DNA of 64,000 bases, taken from positions 544,001 to 608,000 of the forward strand of contig CAVQYR010000002.1 of assembly GCA_963718235.1 (NCBI GenBank), given 5' to 3'. The notes under the pieces are model-generated. The model was given only the letters and a program-made list of their open reading frames with translations. It was not told the origin of the DNA and did no database searches. Position numbers and translations under genes: made by a program. The number at the start of each line of letters is the position of its first letter. The first letter of the stretch is position 1. The DNA comes from an uncultured Actinomycetota bacterium. GTDB lineage: Bacteria; Actinomycetota; Actinomycetes; JAHEKZ01. Of the stretch, positions 55,947 through 64,000 are shown piece after piece.

Positions 55947-57989
55947 TCAGGAGGTCGGTACGGCAACCAGCGGCGGCGCCTTGTCGGTGTCGACGCCCCA
56001 CTTGCTTAGCTGGTCGCGGATCTTGCCCTCGCCCTTGGCCATCGTCTCGTCGATGAGCCGTCGCTGGGCGAAGGCCAGCTCTCGCTCCCGCAGCGCGGCC
56101 TCGACCGAGACCATCTGCTCGGCCGATGCGGGGAGGCGGTACGCCTGCTGGGTCATCGCGGCGAGGCTCTCTCGGTAGTCGTGCCCGGTGGCGACGAACT
56201 GTCCGGGTATGGGGTCCAACGCATTGATGACGTCCATGACGGTGATCATGAAGGTGGCGAACGGGCGCCAGTACGTCTCGCGCGGGACACCGGGTGGGCG
56301 AGTCTCCGGTGGGCCGAGCCACGACGGCCGTTGGACGATGAGCTGCGGGGTGAACTTGGCGATCGGGTCGTTGTCGTTGGTGAGCAGGACCACGCGCGCG
56401 CGGTCACGGTCGCTCTCCGACAGCTCGGCCCAGCCGGCCGGGTTACTCACCTGCACGATGTGGTGGTCGGGGTCGACCTGGTCCGGGTCGGCATCCCATG
56501 ACCGGTACCAGCGGCTCTCCCAGGGCGTCCCGATGAACAATGCGCGGTCGACGCCGAGTCGGTCGTACCCCTTCGTCCCCTGGCCAAAGAAGGCATCCTG
56601 GCCCGTCCACGCGCCGAGGCTCTCGCCGAACATGACGACGCGTGGGCGCTGGTCGTCGGGGATCGTCGCGAGCCGCCAGCGCAGAGCGTTGAGGAACGTC
56701 CGGATCTGTGCCTCGCCCAGCTCGGTCCGGCCCAGGGAGAGGTACGAGGGACGGATCGAGTACTGAAGCGCCACCGAGGCACAGTCGCCGCGGCTGAGGT
56801 ACTCCAGCGTCTCGACCGCGACGTAGTTCACGTACCCGGTGCCCGTGGGTGAGAACAGGCACAGCACGGAGCGCTCCAGTGCCCCCAGCCGCTCCAGCTC
56901 GCGGATCGCGAGGTCGGCGGCCTCGTCGGCGTTGCGGGCGGACTCGTCGCCGACCGTGCCGAGGCCGACGAAGGCGCGGACCGGGTCGAGGGAGTCCTCG
57001 CCGACGACGCCGGTGATCTCCGCGCCGGTCAGGGCCATGTTGACGAAGCGGCGACCCTCGCGCCCGATCGTGGTCCAGTCGACGAGGCTGTTCGTGCCGC
57101 CGCTGACGAAGGCCGACTCCGGGGGAGTCGCGTAGGCCGCCTCGATCGCCTGCCCACCCTGTTCGAACCGCTGGTACACCTTGCCCAGGCCCTTGTTCGC
57201 CCCGTAGGCCAGCAGGCCGAGTCCCGCGGCGTGGCCGAGGAGGCGTCCGTACGGGGCGAGCGGTGGGGCGACCGTCGTCGTCGCTGCGGCGATGCCGGCG
57301 GCGAAGGCTCGCTCCGCCTGGGCCAGCGCGGTCAGCCCCAGCATGATGCCCGTCCCGGCGAGCACCGCCTTACGCACCGAGACGTTGCTGTCGGCCTCGA
57401 CGGTCTGGCCGTAGGCGTCCTCGTCACCGGCCTCGGCCAGCGCCCGACGCTGGCGCCAGATCAAAGCGGTCGCGATCGCGGCGCCGAGCGGGATGGCGAT
57501 CGGGATCTTCTCGAAGATGTCGTCGTCGCGGCTGCTGTCCACCCGGGAGAGCGCATCGAGTCCGGACACGATCACCAGCCCGCAGGCCGCCGTCTCGAAC
57601 AGCTTGCGTCCGCCGGTACGGGCCATGGCCCGCCGGATCGGCTCGTTGCGCTGCTGAGGGAGCGCCCGCTCGACGGCCAGCCCGACGCCAGCGGCCACCG
57701 CGTTGGCCGCCAGCTGGAGTCCGCGGCGCCGGCGCCGGCTCTCCGGGTCGTGGCCGAGCCCGGCCAGCCCGAAGGCGACCGACTGCACCAGCGACTGCAG
57801 GGTCGTCGTGATTCCGAAGTTGGCCGCGGTCACGACGCCGGTGATGGCCGCCTGGTGCAGCGTGCTGCGCGGCATCAGGCCCCGCTGCATCGAGGGCGCC
57901 ACGCTGATCGACGCGGACAGGAGTCCGGCCCGAGCCGGAGTGTCGAGACCAGGACCGAGCTTGCCCCACGCCTGGGCCAGCAGTGACAT
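55947..57989 (-). CDS. Alpha/beta hydrolase family protein (Abhydrolase_9 type) with N-terminal membrane domain
   Basis: SLVDW..GREGRRFV, PTGTGYVN, QYS..PS, FGESLGA, NDPI and GHDY. Confidence 0.85.
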   Translation of the reverse strand: MSLLAQAWGKLGPGLDTPARAGLLSASISVAPSMQRGLMPRSTLHQAAITGVVTAANFGITTTLQSLVQSVAFGLAGLGHDPESRRRRRGLQLAANAVAAGVGLAVERALPQQRNEPIRRAMARTGGRKLFETAACGLVIVSGLDALSRVDSSRDDDIFEKIPIAIPLGAAIATALIWRQRRALAEAGDEDAYGQTVEADSNVSVRKAVLAGTGIMLGLTALAQAERAFAAGIAAATTTVAPPLAPYGRLLGHAAGLGLLAYGANKGLGKVYQRFEQGGQAIEAAYATPPESAFVSGGTNSLVDWTTIGREGRRFVNMALTGAEITGVVGEDSLDPVRAFVGLGTVGDESARNADEAADLAIRELERLGALERSVLCLFSPTGTGYVNYVAVETLEYLSRGDCASVALQYSIRPSYLSLGRTELGEAQIRTFLNALRWRLATIPDDQRPRVVMFGESLGAWTGQDAFFGQGTKGYDRLGVDRALFIGTPWESRWYRSWDADPDQVDPDHHIVQVSNPAGWAELSESDRDRARVVLLTNDNDPIAKFTPQLIVQRPSWLGPPETRPPGVPRETYWRPFATFMITVMDVINALDPIPGQFVATGHDYRESLAAMTQQAYRLPASAEQMVSVEAALRERELAFAQRRLIDETMAKGEGKIRDQLSKWGVDTDKAPPLVAVPTS

Positions 57990-58100
57990 CGGTGTTCCTC
58001 CCGGCAGACGTCGAGGGCGGGGCTCAGCCTGCCATGCCCCTGCCCACGGGCGTCAACGAGCCGGAAGAGGTGGTACGACGGACGAGCAGCAGGCGAAGGC

Positions 58101-58391
58101 TCAGAGCCGGATCAGGGGAGCGACCAGCGAACGCACGAGGGGTGCGTCGGGGAAGCGGACCTCGGTGACCCGCAGGTCCTGCGCTGCAGGGGTCCGCGGA
58201 GCCGGATCGTTGGAGGTGTCGCCGACCAGGTCGAACCAGGAGTCGATGACGTCCTCGAACGCACCGGCCCGGTCGGGGCGGGTGACCACGCGCCGGCCGG
58301 TGGCCAGGTCGACCCAGCCCACCAGCACACCGTCGGCGTCGTTGACCAGCAAGCGCTCGTCGGCGCCTCGGGCCAGGGCAAACTCAGTCAC
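58101..58391 (-). CDS. Hypothetical protein
   Basis: Compact ORF with RLLVNDADGVLVGWVDLATG; coding-like GC3. Confidence 0.55.
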   Translation of the reverse strand: MTEFALARGADERLLVNDADGVLVGWVDLATGRRVVTRPDRAGAFEDVIDSWFDLVGDTSNDPAPRTPAAQDLRVTEVRFPDAPLVRSLVAPLIRL

Positions 58392-58527
58392 GGGTCAGTG
58401 ATCGGCACGCGGGCAGCCTCGGTTCATGGGCCAGAATGACTATCTCTGGCCCGGGTTCGGCGAGTGTTCAGCCTGCGGCCATCCCTGGGAGGCCACGACG
58501 CCGCCCGCGCGGCCCACCCTCGTGGTC

Positions 58528-59142
58528 ATGGTGGCCGCCGACTCCCTCCACGTCCCTCGGGTGGCGCTCATCGCCCACGACCACCGCAAGGACGCCCTGC
58601 TGCAGTGGGCCGCCGACCACCTGGACCGCCTCGTCCGCTGCGAGCTGGTCGCGACGGGCACCACTGGGCTGCGGCTGCAGCGTGACCTGGGGCTGGATGT
58701 GGAGTGCCTGCGCTCGGGGCCCATGGGCGGAGACCTGCAGATCGGTGCCCGCATCGCCGAGGGTCGCCTCGACGCCCTGGTCTTCTTCTGGGACCCCCTC
58801 GAGCCGCAGCCGCACGACCCCGACGTCAAGGCCCTGCTGCGCGCGGCAACGGTCTGGGACATCCCGACGGCGTGCAACCGCGCCACAGCGGACCTGGTCG
58901 CCACCGGGTGGTCCCGAAGCGTGCTTCCTCGGGCTCGGTCAGTCGACGAGCGCGCGTTCGATCGGGCCTCGGTCGACGAGTCGCGCGTCTCCCGACTGCC
59001 GGGCGAGGATCGCTCGGGCCGGGGTGACGACGAAGGCGTGCACCGTGTCCAGCGAGTCGATCGTGAGCCCGCGCGCGACCTGACCGACGTGGGTGTACAC
59101 CGTGATCGTGCGGGCCAGGATCTCCGGGTCGCCGATGGATGA
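58528..59142 (+). CDS. mgsA: Methylglyoxal synthase (long C-terminal extension overlapping the convergent gene)
   Basis: ALIAHDHRK, ATGTTG, SGPMGGDLQIG, FFWDPL..PHDPDVKALLR and ACNRATAD. Confidence 0.9.
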   Translation: MVAADSLHVPRVALIAHDHRKDALLQWAADHLDRLVRCELVATGTTGLRLQRDLGLDVECLRSGPMGGDLQIGARIAEGRLDALVFFWDPLEPQPHDPDVKALLRAATVWDIPTACNRATADLVATGWSRSVLPRARSVDERAFDRASVDESRVSRLPGEDRSGRGDDEGVHRVQRVDREPARDLTDVGVHRDRAGQDLRVADG

Positions 59143-59422
59143 CGCCATGCCCCCGTCGATGAACCGGCGGGCCACGCGCCACTGCGGGCCGAGAACCGGA
59201 ACCTCGTAGACGCAGCAGCCGCCGGGGCTCGGACCCCGGGGTAGGCCGAGCCTCGTCGACCGCCCAGTCCAGCCACCCGTCGACCAGGCGCTGCTGCCAC
59301 TGCCGAAACGCCACGACGACGAGGTTGCGCTCACCCAGCAGGTCGTCCGGCACGGTGGTGTCGGTGCCGTCGAGAGCTCGTCCCTGCAGTGGGGGGAACA
59401 GTCGATGCCCGGCGTCGCTCAC
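58939..59422 (-). CDS. Thioredoxin-fold/ATP10-like conserved protein; +1 frameshift near 59251
   Basis: N-half (FPPLQGRALDG..LVVVAFRQWQQRLVDGW) and C-half (YEVPVL..FIDGGM..TITVYT) lie in adjacent frames; the GTG overlaps the permease stop. Confidence 0.65.
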
Positions 59423-60894
59423 GCGTCGACGGACTCCTGCCGGCGGATGCGTCCACGACCGAACACCAGCTGTCCCAGGAACCCGATGACCAAAGCAGCG
59501 ATGATCCCCGTGTTCGCGCCGTACCACGGTGACGTGTCGGTCACGCCGATCCAGTTGAGGATGTAGCCCTGCCAGGTGAGCCAGGGCTCGTCGAAGAAGC
59601 TCACGACCATGCCCCAGCCGACCAGGGTGCCCACGACGGCGCTGAGAAACGCCGGCCAGCCAACGGCGCCGTATCGGCCGTTCGAGTCGTAGAGAGCCGC
59701 GTCGGCGTACGCATGCTTGCGGCTGAGCATGTCGGCCAGGAAGGCGCCCACCCAGGCGGACATCGGGACGCCGAGCAGGTAGAGGAAGCCCTGGAACGGA
59801 CCGAAGAACGTGTCGGCGATCCACACCACGTAGATGGTCCCCAGGATCATCAGCACGCCGTCGACCAGCGCCGCCACCGCTCGCGGCACCTTCAGGCCGA
59901 GGGTGAGCAGCGCGAGTCCGGATGAGTAGATGTCGAGGACCGCACCGCCGATGAAGCCCAGCGAGACCACGATGAGGAACGGCAGCAAGATGAGGGCCGA
60001 CGTCGGAAGGATCGTGGTGAGTGCACCGATCGGGTCGAGCGCGATGGCGTCGAGCAGCGCTGGGTCCGACGCGGCCAGGAGCAGACCGTAGAGAACGAGG
60101 ATGAGCGGGGCGATGCTCGCGCCGAGGACGGTCCAGCCGAAGATGCTGCCCCCCGGTGTGCTCCTGGGGAGGTAGCGGGAGTAGTCGGCCCCGCAGTTGA
60201 CCCAACCGATCCCGAAGCCGGTCATCGCGAAGATGACCGCACCGAGGAAGGCCTGCGCCGAGCCGGACGGGACCGAGCTGACGGCCGACCAGTCGACCTC
60301 GTCGATGGTGAAGCCGATGTACAGCACGGTCAGGACCAGGCTGATGATCGTGATCCAGGTCTGGATCCGCATCAGGAAGTCGAACCCGACGACGCCGGTG
60401 TAGACCACGATCCCGGCGATCACGATGAAGGCGACGACCTTGACGCCGTCCCCGCTGGCCCACCCCAGGCGTTCGAAGACCGTCGACGTGGCCAACGTGG
60501 CCAAAGCGACCAGGACGATCTCCCACCCGATCAGCAAGAGGTACGACACCACGGTCGGGAAGGCGTTGCCGCGCACGCCGAAGGCAGCGCGGGAGATCAC
60601 CATGGTGGGGGCCGAGGCGCGCTTTCCGGCCAGTGAGACGAAGCCCACCAGGACGAACGAGAAGACGATGCCGACCACGGCTGCCAGAGCCGCCTGCCAG
60701 AAGCTGACCCCGAAGTAGAGGATGAACGCCGCGTAGGAGATGCCGAACACCGAGATGTTGGCAGCGGCCCAGGGCCAGAAGAGGTCGCGTGGCTCTCCCT
60801 TGCGTTCGGACTCCGGGATGACGTTGATCCCGTTCTCCTCGACGCCGAGCCGCTGCTCCACGACCTGGATCTCGTGCCCCAGCTCACCGGACAT
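59419..60894 (-). CDS. Purine-cytosine permease (NCS1 family)
   Basis: VEENGINVIPESERKG, WAAANIS, ADYSRYLP; about 12 TM segments. Confidence 0.92.
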   Translation of the reverse strand: MSGELGHEIQVVEQRLGVEENGINVIPESERKGEPRDLFWPWAAANISVFGISYAAFILYFGVSFWQAALAAVVGIVFSFVLVGFVSLAGKRASAPTMVISRAAFGVRGNAFPTVVSYLLLIGWEIVLVALATLATSTVFERLGWASGDGVKVVAFIVIAGIVVYTGVVGFDFLMRIQTWITIISLVLTVLYIGFTIDEVDWSAVSSVPSGSAQAFLGAVIFAMTGFGIGWVNCGADYSRYLPRSTPGGSIFGWTVLGASIAPLILVLYGLLLAASDPALLDAIALDPIGALTTILPTSALILLPFLIVVSLGFIGGAVLDIYSSGLALLTLGLKVPRAVAALVDGVLMILGTIYVVWIADTFFGPFQGFLYLLGVPMSAWVGAFLADMLSRKHAYADAALYDSNGRYGAVGWPAFLSAVVGTLVGWGMVVSFFDEPWLTWQGYILNWIGVTDTSPWYGANTGIIAALVIGFLGQLVFGRGRIRRQESVDA

Positions 60895-61687
60895 GTGCCC
60901 ACCTCTCGATCACGGCCGCCACGACGGCGCCGAGCCTGGTGGCCGCCGCTGCTGCCGCAGCCACGACCGCGTCGGGGTCGATGACCTCGCCGGTTCCCTC
61001 ACGTGTGGTGACGACGGACAGCCCGAGCAGCTCGAGCCCGAGCTCGCGGGCCGCGATGGCCTCGAGCACCGTCGACATCCCGACGACGTCTGCGCCCAAC
61101 GTCCGCAGCATCGCCGTCTCCGCCATGGTCTGGTACTGCGGACCCGCCATCATGGCGTACACACCCTCGACGAGGGTTGGATCCGCCTGCCGGGCCCACT
61201 CGCGCAGCCGAGAGCTCCAGGTGCTGGACAGGTCGACGAACCTGGATCCGGTCAGTGGCGTCGCTCCGCTGAGGTTCAGGTGGTCGCTGACCAGCACACC
61301 GGTGCCGGTGGCCCAGTGCGGCTGCAGTGACCCGTTGGCACTGGTGAGGACGGCGACCCGGCAACCGGCCGCCGAGGCCGTGCGGACCGCGTGTGCGACC
61401 GCGTCGGGGCCATATCCCTCGTAGAGGTGCGTGCGGCCGAGGAACGCCAGGACCGCTGTGCCGTTCAAGTCGTACGACCTCACCCGGCCGGCGTGCCCTT
61501 CGGCGGTTGGGGCATGGAACCCGGGCAGGTCGGTGACTGACAGGTCAGCGACGGGTCGCCCCAGGGCCTGCGCCGCGTCGGTCCACCCCGAGCCGAGTAC
61601 GACGACGACGTCGTGCTGCTCGACACCGACGGCGGTGGCGAGGGCTGATGCCGCCTCGGTGGCCAGCGGGTAGGGGTCGCCCGGCAT
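60884..61687 (-). CDS. Purine-nucleoside phosphorylase family (trimeric type) with substituted base-binding residues
   Basis: VVLGSGW, GHAG, GRTHLYEG and ADVVGMSTVLE; GPQYQT and VTTR replace the canonical GPxYET and VTN. Confidence 0.88.
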   Translation of the reverse strand: MPGDPYPLATEAASALATAVGVEQHDVVVVLGSGWTDAAQALGRPVADLSVTDLPGFHAPTAEGHAGRVRSYDLNGTAVLAFLGRTHLYEGYGPDAVAHAVRTASAAGCRVAVLTSANGSLQPHWATGTGVLVSDHLNLSGATPLTGSRFVDLSSTWSSRLREWARQADPTLVEGVYAMMAGPQYQTMAETAMLRTLGADVVGMSTVLEAIAARELGLELLGLSVVTTREGTGEVIDPDAVVAAAAAAATRLGAVVAAVIERWAHVR

Positions 61688-61699
61688 GGATGGATCGTG

Positions 61700-62608
61700 T
61701 CAGGTCGGCGACCGAAAGGCCCTCAACTGGGCGGTCGTTGGCCCGGACGCGCCGCCGCGCCGGGTGGTGGCGTACGCCGCAGCCAGGTTTGCCGTGGAGA
61801 CAGCCTGCTCCCAGTCCACCCCGCGGTGCAGGGCCGCGAGTGTGGCTCCCACGTGCACGTCCCCGGCGCCGTTGGTGTCGACCGGTACGACCGGGTGCGT
61901 CGGCACGGTCGTCGGGTCCTGGCCCGGCCGCGCCAGCTCGACGCCGCCTGCACCCGCGCGTCGGATCACCACAGCGTGGCTGCCGAGCATGTCGCTCAGC
62001 CTCGGCATCAGCTGCTGCTCACGGGTGCTCCAGGACAGCAGGTCGACCCGAGGAGCGACCCGTTGCCAGACCTCAGCGGCGATGTCGGCGATGAGTGGTC
62101 CGGGGTCGAGCACGAGCAGCGCACCGTCGGGCAGAGCGGCCACCCGGTCCGCCAGGGGGCGGCTGCTGACCGGGTAGGCGAGGTCGTAGCCGGTGACGTA
62201 GACGGCATCGGTCCGGTGCACCTCGACCGGCTCGAGCAGCTCGTCGGACATCTCGGTGTCGGCGCCGCCGACGGTGACGAAGGTCCGCTCACCGTCGAAG
62301 TCGACGAGGGTCAGGCAGTAGCCGGTGTCCGCGGCGGGGCTCATCGGTGTCAGGACGTCGATGCCCTCGTCGCGCAGCGCCGCCCGCAGCAGGTCACCTC
62401 GTGGTCCGTGACCGTGCGGTCCGGCGTAGGCGGTGGGCATGCCAAGACGCGCGGCCGCGCTGGCCACGTTGAACGCACCGCCGGGTTCGTCGGTCACTGG
62501 TCGGGCGAGCACGTCGCCCCCGCGTGGCGGCAGGTGCGGGACGTCGAGGACGACGTCGATCAGCGCGCTGGCCATCACCACCAGGCGGGCCGGCCGAGGC
62601 GCACTCAT
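61700..62608 (-). CDS. PfkB family carbohydrate kinase (YegV-like)
   Basis: GGAFNVASAAARLG, GERTF and VDTNGAGDVHVG. Confidence 0.92.
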   Translation of the reverse strand: MSAPRPARLVVMASALIDVVLDVPHLPPRGGDVLARPVTDEPGGAFNVASAAARLGMPTAYAGPHGHGPRGDLLRAALRDEGIDVLTPMSPAADTGYCLTLVDFDGERTFVTVGGADTEMSDELLEPVEVHRTDAVYVTGYDLAYPVSSRPLADRVAALPDGALLVLDPGPLIADIAAEVWQRVAPRVDLLSWSTREQQLMPRLSDMLGSHAVVIRRAGAGGVELARPGQDPTTVPTHPVVPVDTNGAGDVHVGATLAALHRGVDWEQAVSTANLAAAYATTRRGGASGPTTAQLRAFRSPT

Positions 62609-63645
62609 GGGTGGGCGCCTGACCCGCCAACGTCGCCGGAGCGCAGGGCCAGCAGGCCCTCGACGAGCGGCTCGAGCTCGAGGGAGTTCACCGTGCGGAT
62701 CGTGGTGACAGCGTCGTCGGGCCAACCGGCCATCCCGTGCGCCGCGCCGACCATGGACCCCACCATGGCGGCGATGGTGTCACTGTCCCCGCCCAGGGCG
62801 GCCGCGGCCGTGACTGCCGCCCAGGGGTTGTCGGCGTGCAGTGCCGTTACCGCGAACGCGGCAGGAACCGCCTCCTGGGTGAGCAGGCTGGTCCCGACGA
62901 GTCGGTCGACGGCATCCAGCGCGGACTCCGTCCCATGCGACGCCGACGTCGACCGCGCCAGGTCGACCGCCCACACGATGCGGGCCGACACGCTGGGACC
63001 GGCCACCCAGTGGCCGCGGGTCTGGGCCAGCCGGGCTGCCTCGACGGCGCGGGGGAACGACTCGCCGACCGGGTGGCCCTCGACGCCGCAGCTGACCATG
63101 GCGGCCACGGCTGCCGCACCGGCATGGGCGAGCCCGGTGTCGTGCGTCGGGAGGTCGGCTGCCACGACGGCGTCGACGAGGCCGGACACCGGTTCGGGTG
63201 GCGTTGCGACGCCGACCGGTGTGATGCGCATCGCAGCCCCGTCGGTGGCCCCGCTGCTTCCGGTGGTGCGCGGGTCGACCCCGTCGGCGATGGCGGCGAG
63301 GGCCCGTCTCGTGGAGGGGCCGAGCAGGTCCAGCGAGCCTCGGTCGCGCACGTCGGCCTCCCAGTCCAGCAGGCGCCGGGCGAGCTGGTGCGCGTCGACC
63401 CGACCGCGCCCCTCGACGAGCAGCTGGGCGACGACCAGTGCCTGCTCGGTGTCGTCGGTGACCGTTCCGGCCGGCAGGTGCGCACTGACCCGCTGGTCAG
63501 GGGGGGCGTCCTCGAACGTCGCTGCGGCCAGGATCTCCCGAGCGCGGGACCGCGGCAGCTCCTGGGTCGGCATGCCCAGCGCATCTCCGATGGCGAGCCC
63601 GTAGAACGCGGCCAGCGCCCGGTCGTTGCGGGTCGAAGCGGTCAC
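62605..63645 (-). CDS. ADP-ribosylglycohydrolase family protein (YegU-like)
   Basis: GLAIGDALGMP, VTDDTEQ, GAAMRI and GGDSDTIAAM. Confidence 0.93.
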   Translation of the reverse strand: MTASTRNDRALAAFYGLAIGDALGMPTQELPRSRAREILAAATFEDAPPDQRVSAHLPAGTVTDDTEQALVVAQLLVEGRGRVDAHQLARRLLDWEADVRDRGSLDLLGPSTRRALAAIADGVDPRTTGSSGATDGAAMRITPVGVATPPEPVSGLVDAVVAADLPTHDTGLAHAGAAAVAAMVSCGVEGHPVGESFPRAVEAARLAQTRGHWVAGPSVSARIVWAVDLARSTSASHGTESALDAVDRLVGTSLLTQEAVPAAFAVTALHADNPWAAVTAAAALGGDSDTIAAMVGSMVGAAHGMAGWPDDAVTTIRTVNSLELEPLVEGLLALRSGDVGGSGAHP

Positions 63646-63682
63646 TCGATCATGGTGTCAGGTCCCCTTCTAGGCTTCGGCC

Positions 63683-64000
63683 ATGTCGGAGGACCCGTCG
63701 GCCGAGGTTCCTGCGCCGAAGAAGACCAGTCGTCGGACCCAGGTCATCTCGGGGCTGGTCACGCTCGTGACGCTCGTCGTCATCTTCGCTTTCCTGTTCC
63801 CGAAGTTCGGCGACTACGCGCAGGCCTGGGCGTACGTCCAGAAGATGCCGGCCTGGTCGTTGGTCCTGTTGGCGTTCGCCGTCGTGCTGAACATCCTGGT
63901 CTACGTATGGCCGTTCGTTGCCGCGCTGCCGGGGATCCGGTTCGGTCCGGCGTTCGTCGTCCGGCAGACGTCGTTCATGATCTCCAACACGATCCCCGCC
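63683..64000 (+). CDS. Lysylphosphatidylglycerol synthase TM-region family protein, 3'-truncated by the window edge
   Basis: Manual translation MSEDPSAEVPAPKKTSRRTQVISGLVTLVTLVVIFAFLFPK...QTSFMISNTIPA; multi-TM. Confidence 0.7.
   Translation, partial: MSEDPSAEVPAPKKTSRRTQVISGLVTLVTLVVIFAFLFPKFGDYAQAWAYVQKMPAWSLVLLAFAVVLNILVYVWPFVAALPGIRFGPAFVVRQTSFMISNTIPA

Noticed and set aside
1-64000. CRISPR array, prophage, IS element, rRNA or tRNA
   Set aside because: I saw no regularly spaced repeats, integrase, transposase, phage genes or RNA-gene signatures.

Overview
High-GC actinomycete chromosomal window, densely coding. I found no rRNA, tRNA, CRISPR array or intact mobile element. The left part is the conserved actinobacterial rsgA-aroA-SRAP-sigH/sigR-rshA/rsrA-bL37 ... 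biotinyl carrier ... whiB1 neighbourhood. It contains the most interesting locus (5.4-11.6 kb). An unannotated 21-aa peptide gene (7139-7204, MSKIVAAVERALAAGAGWAWN, strong RBS) is enclosed by a ~23-bp long-range RNA stem. It leads an operon of two membrane-bound HD-GYP proteins, one intact and one degenerate. Two hypothetical genes are transcribed divergently, and an orphan pilT with a sigma28/WhiG-like promoter lies downstream. I infer a candidate peptide-controlled c-di-GMP signalling module. The rest is metabolic and housekeeping: an ECF sigma/anti-sigma pair, RHH-DUF4097, sodN/sodX, a ureohydrolase plus polar amino-acid ABC transporter, kgd, an Opp transporter with peptidases, phhA, scoAB, mgsA, and an ADP-ribosylglycohydrolase/PfkB/atypical PNP/NCS1 salvage operon. 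Four genes carry single-base frameshifts, most likely sequencing or assembly errors. All family calls come from motif recognition by eye; no database searches were run.
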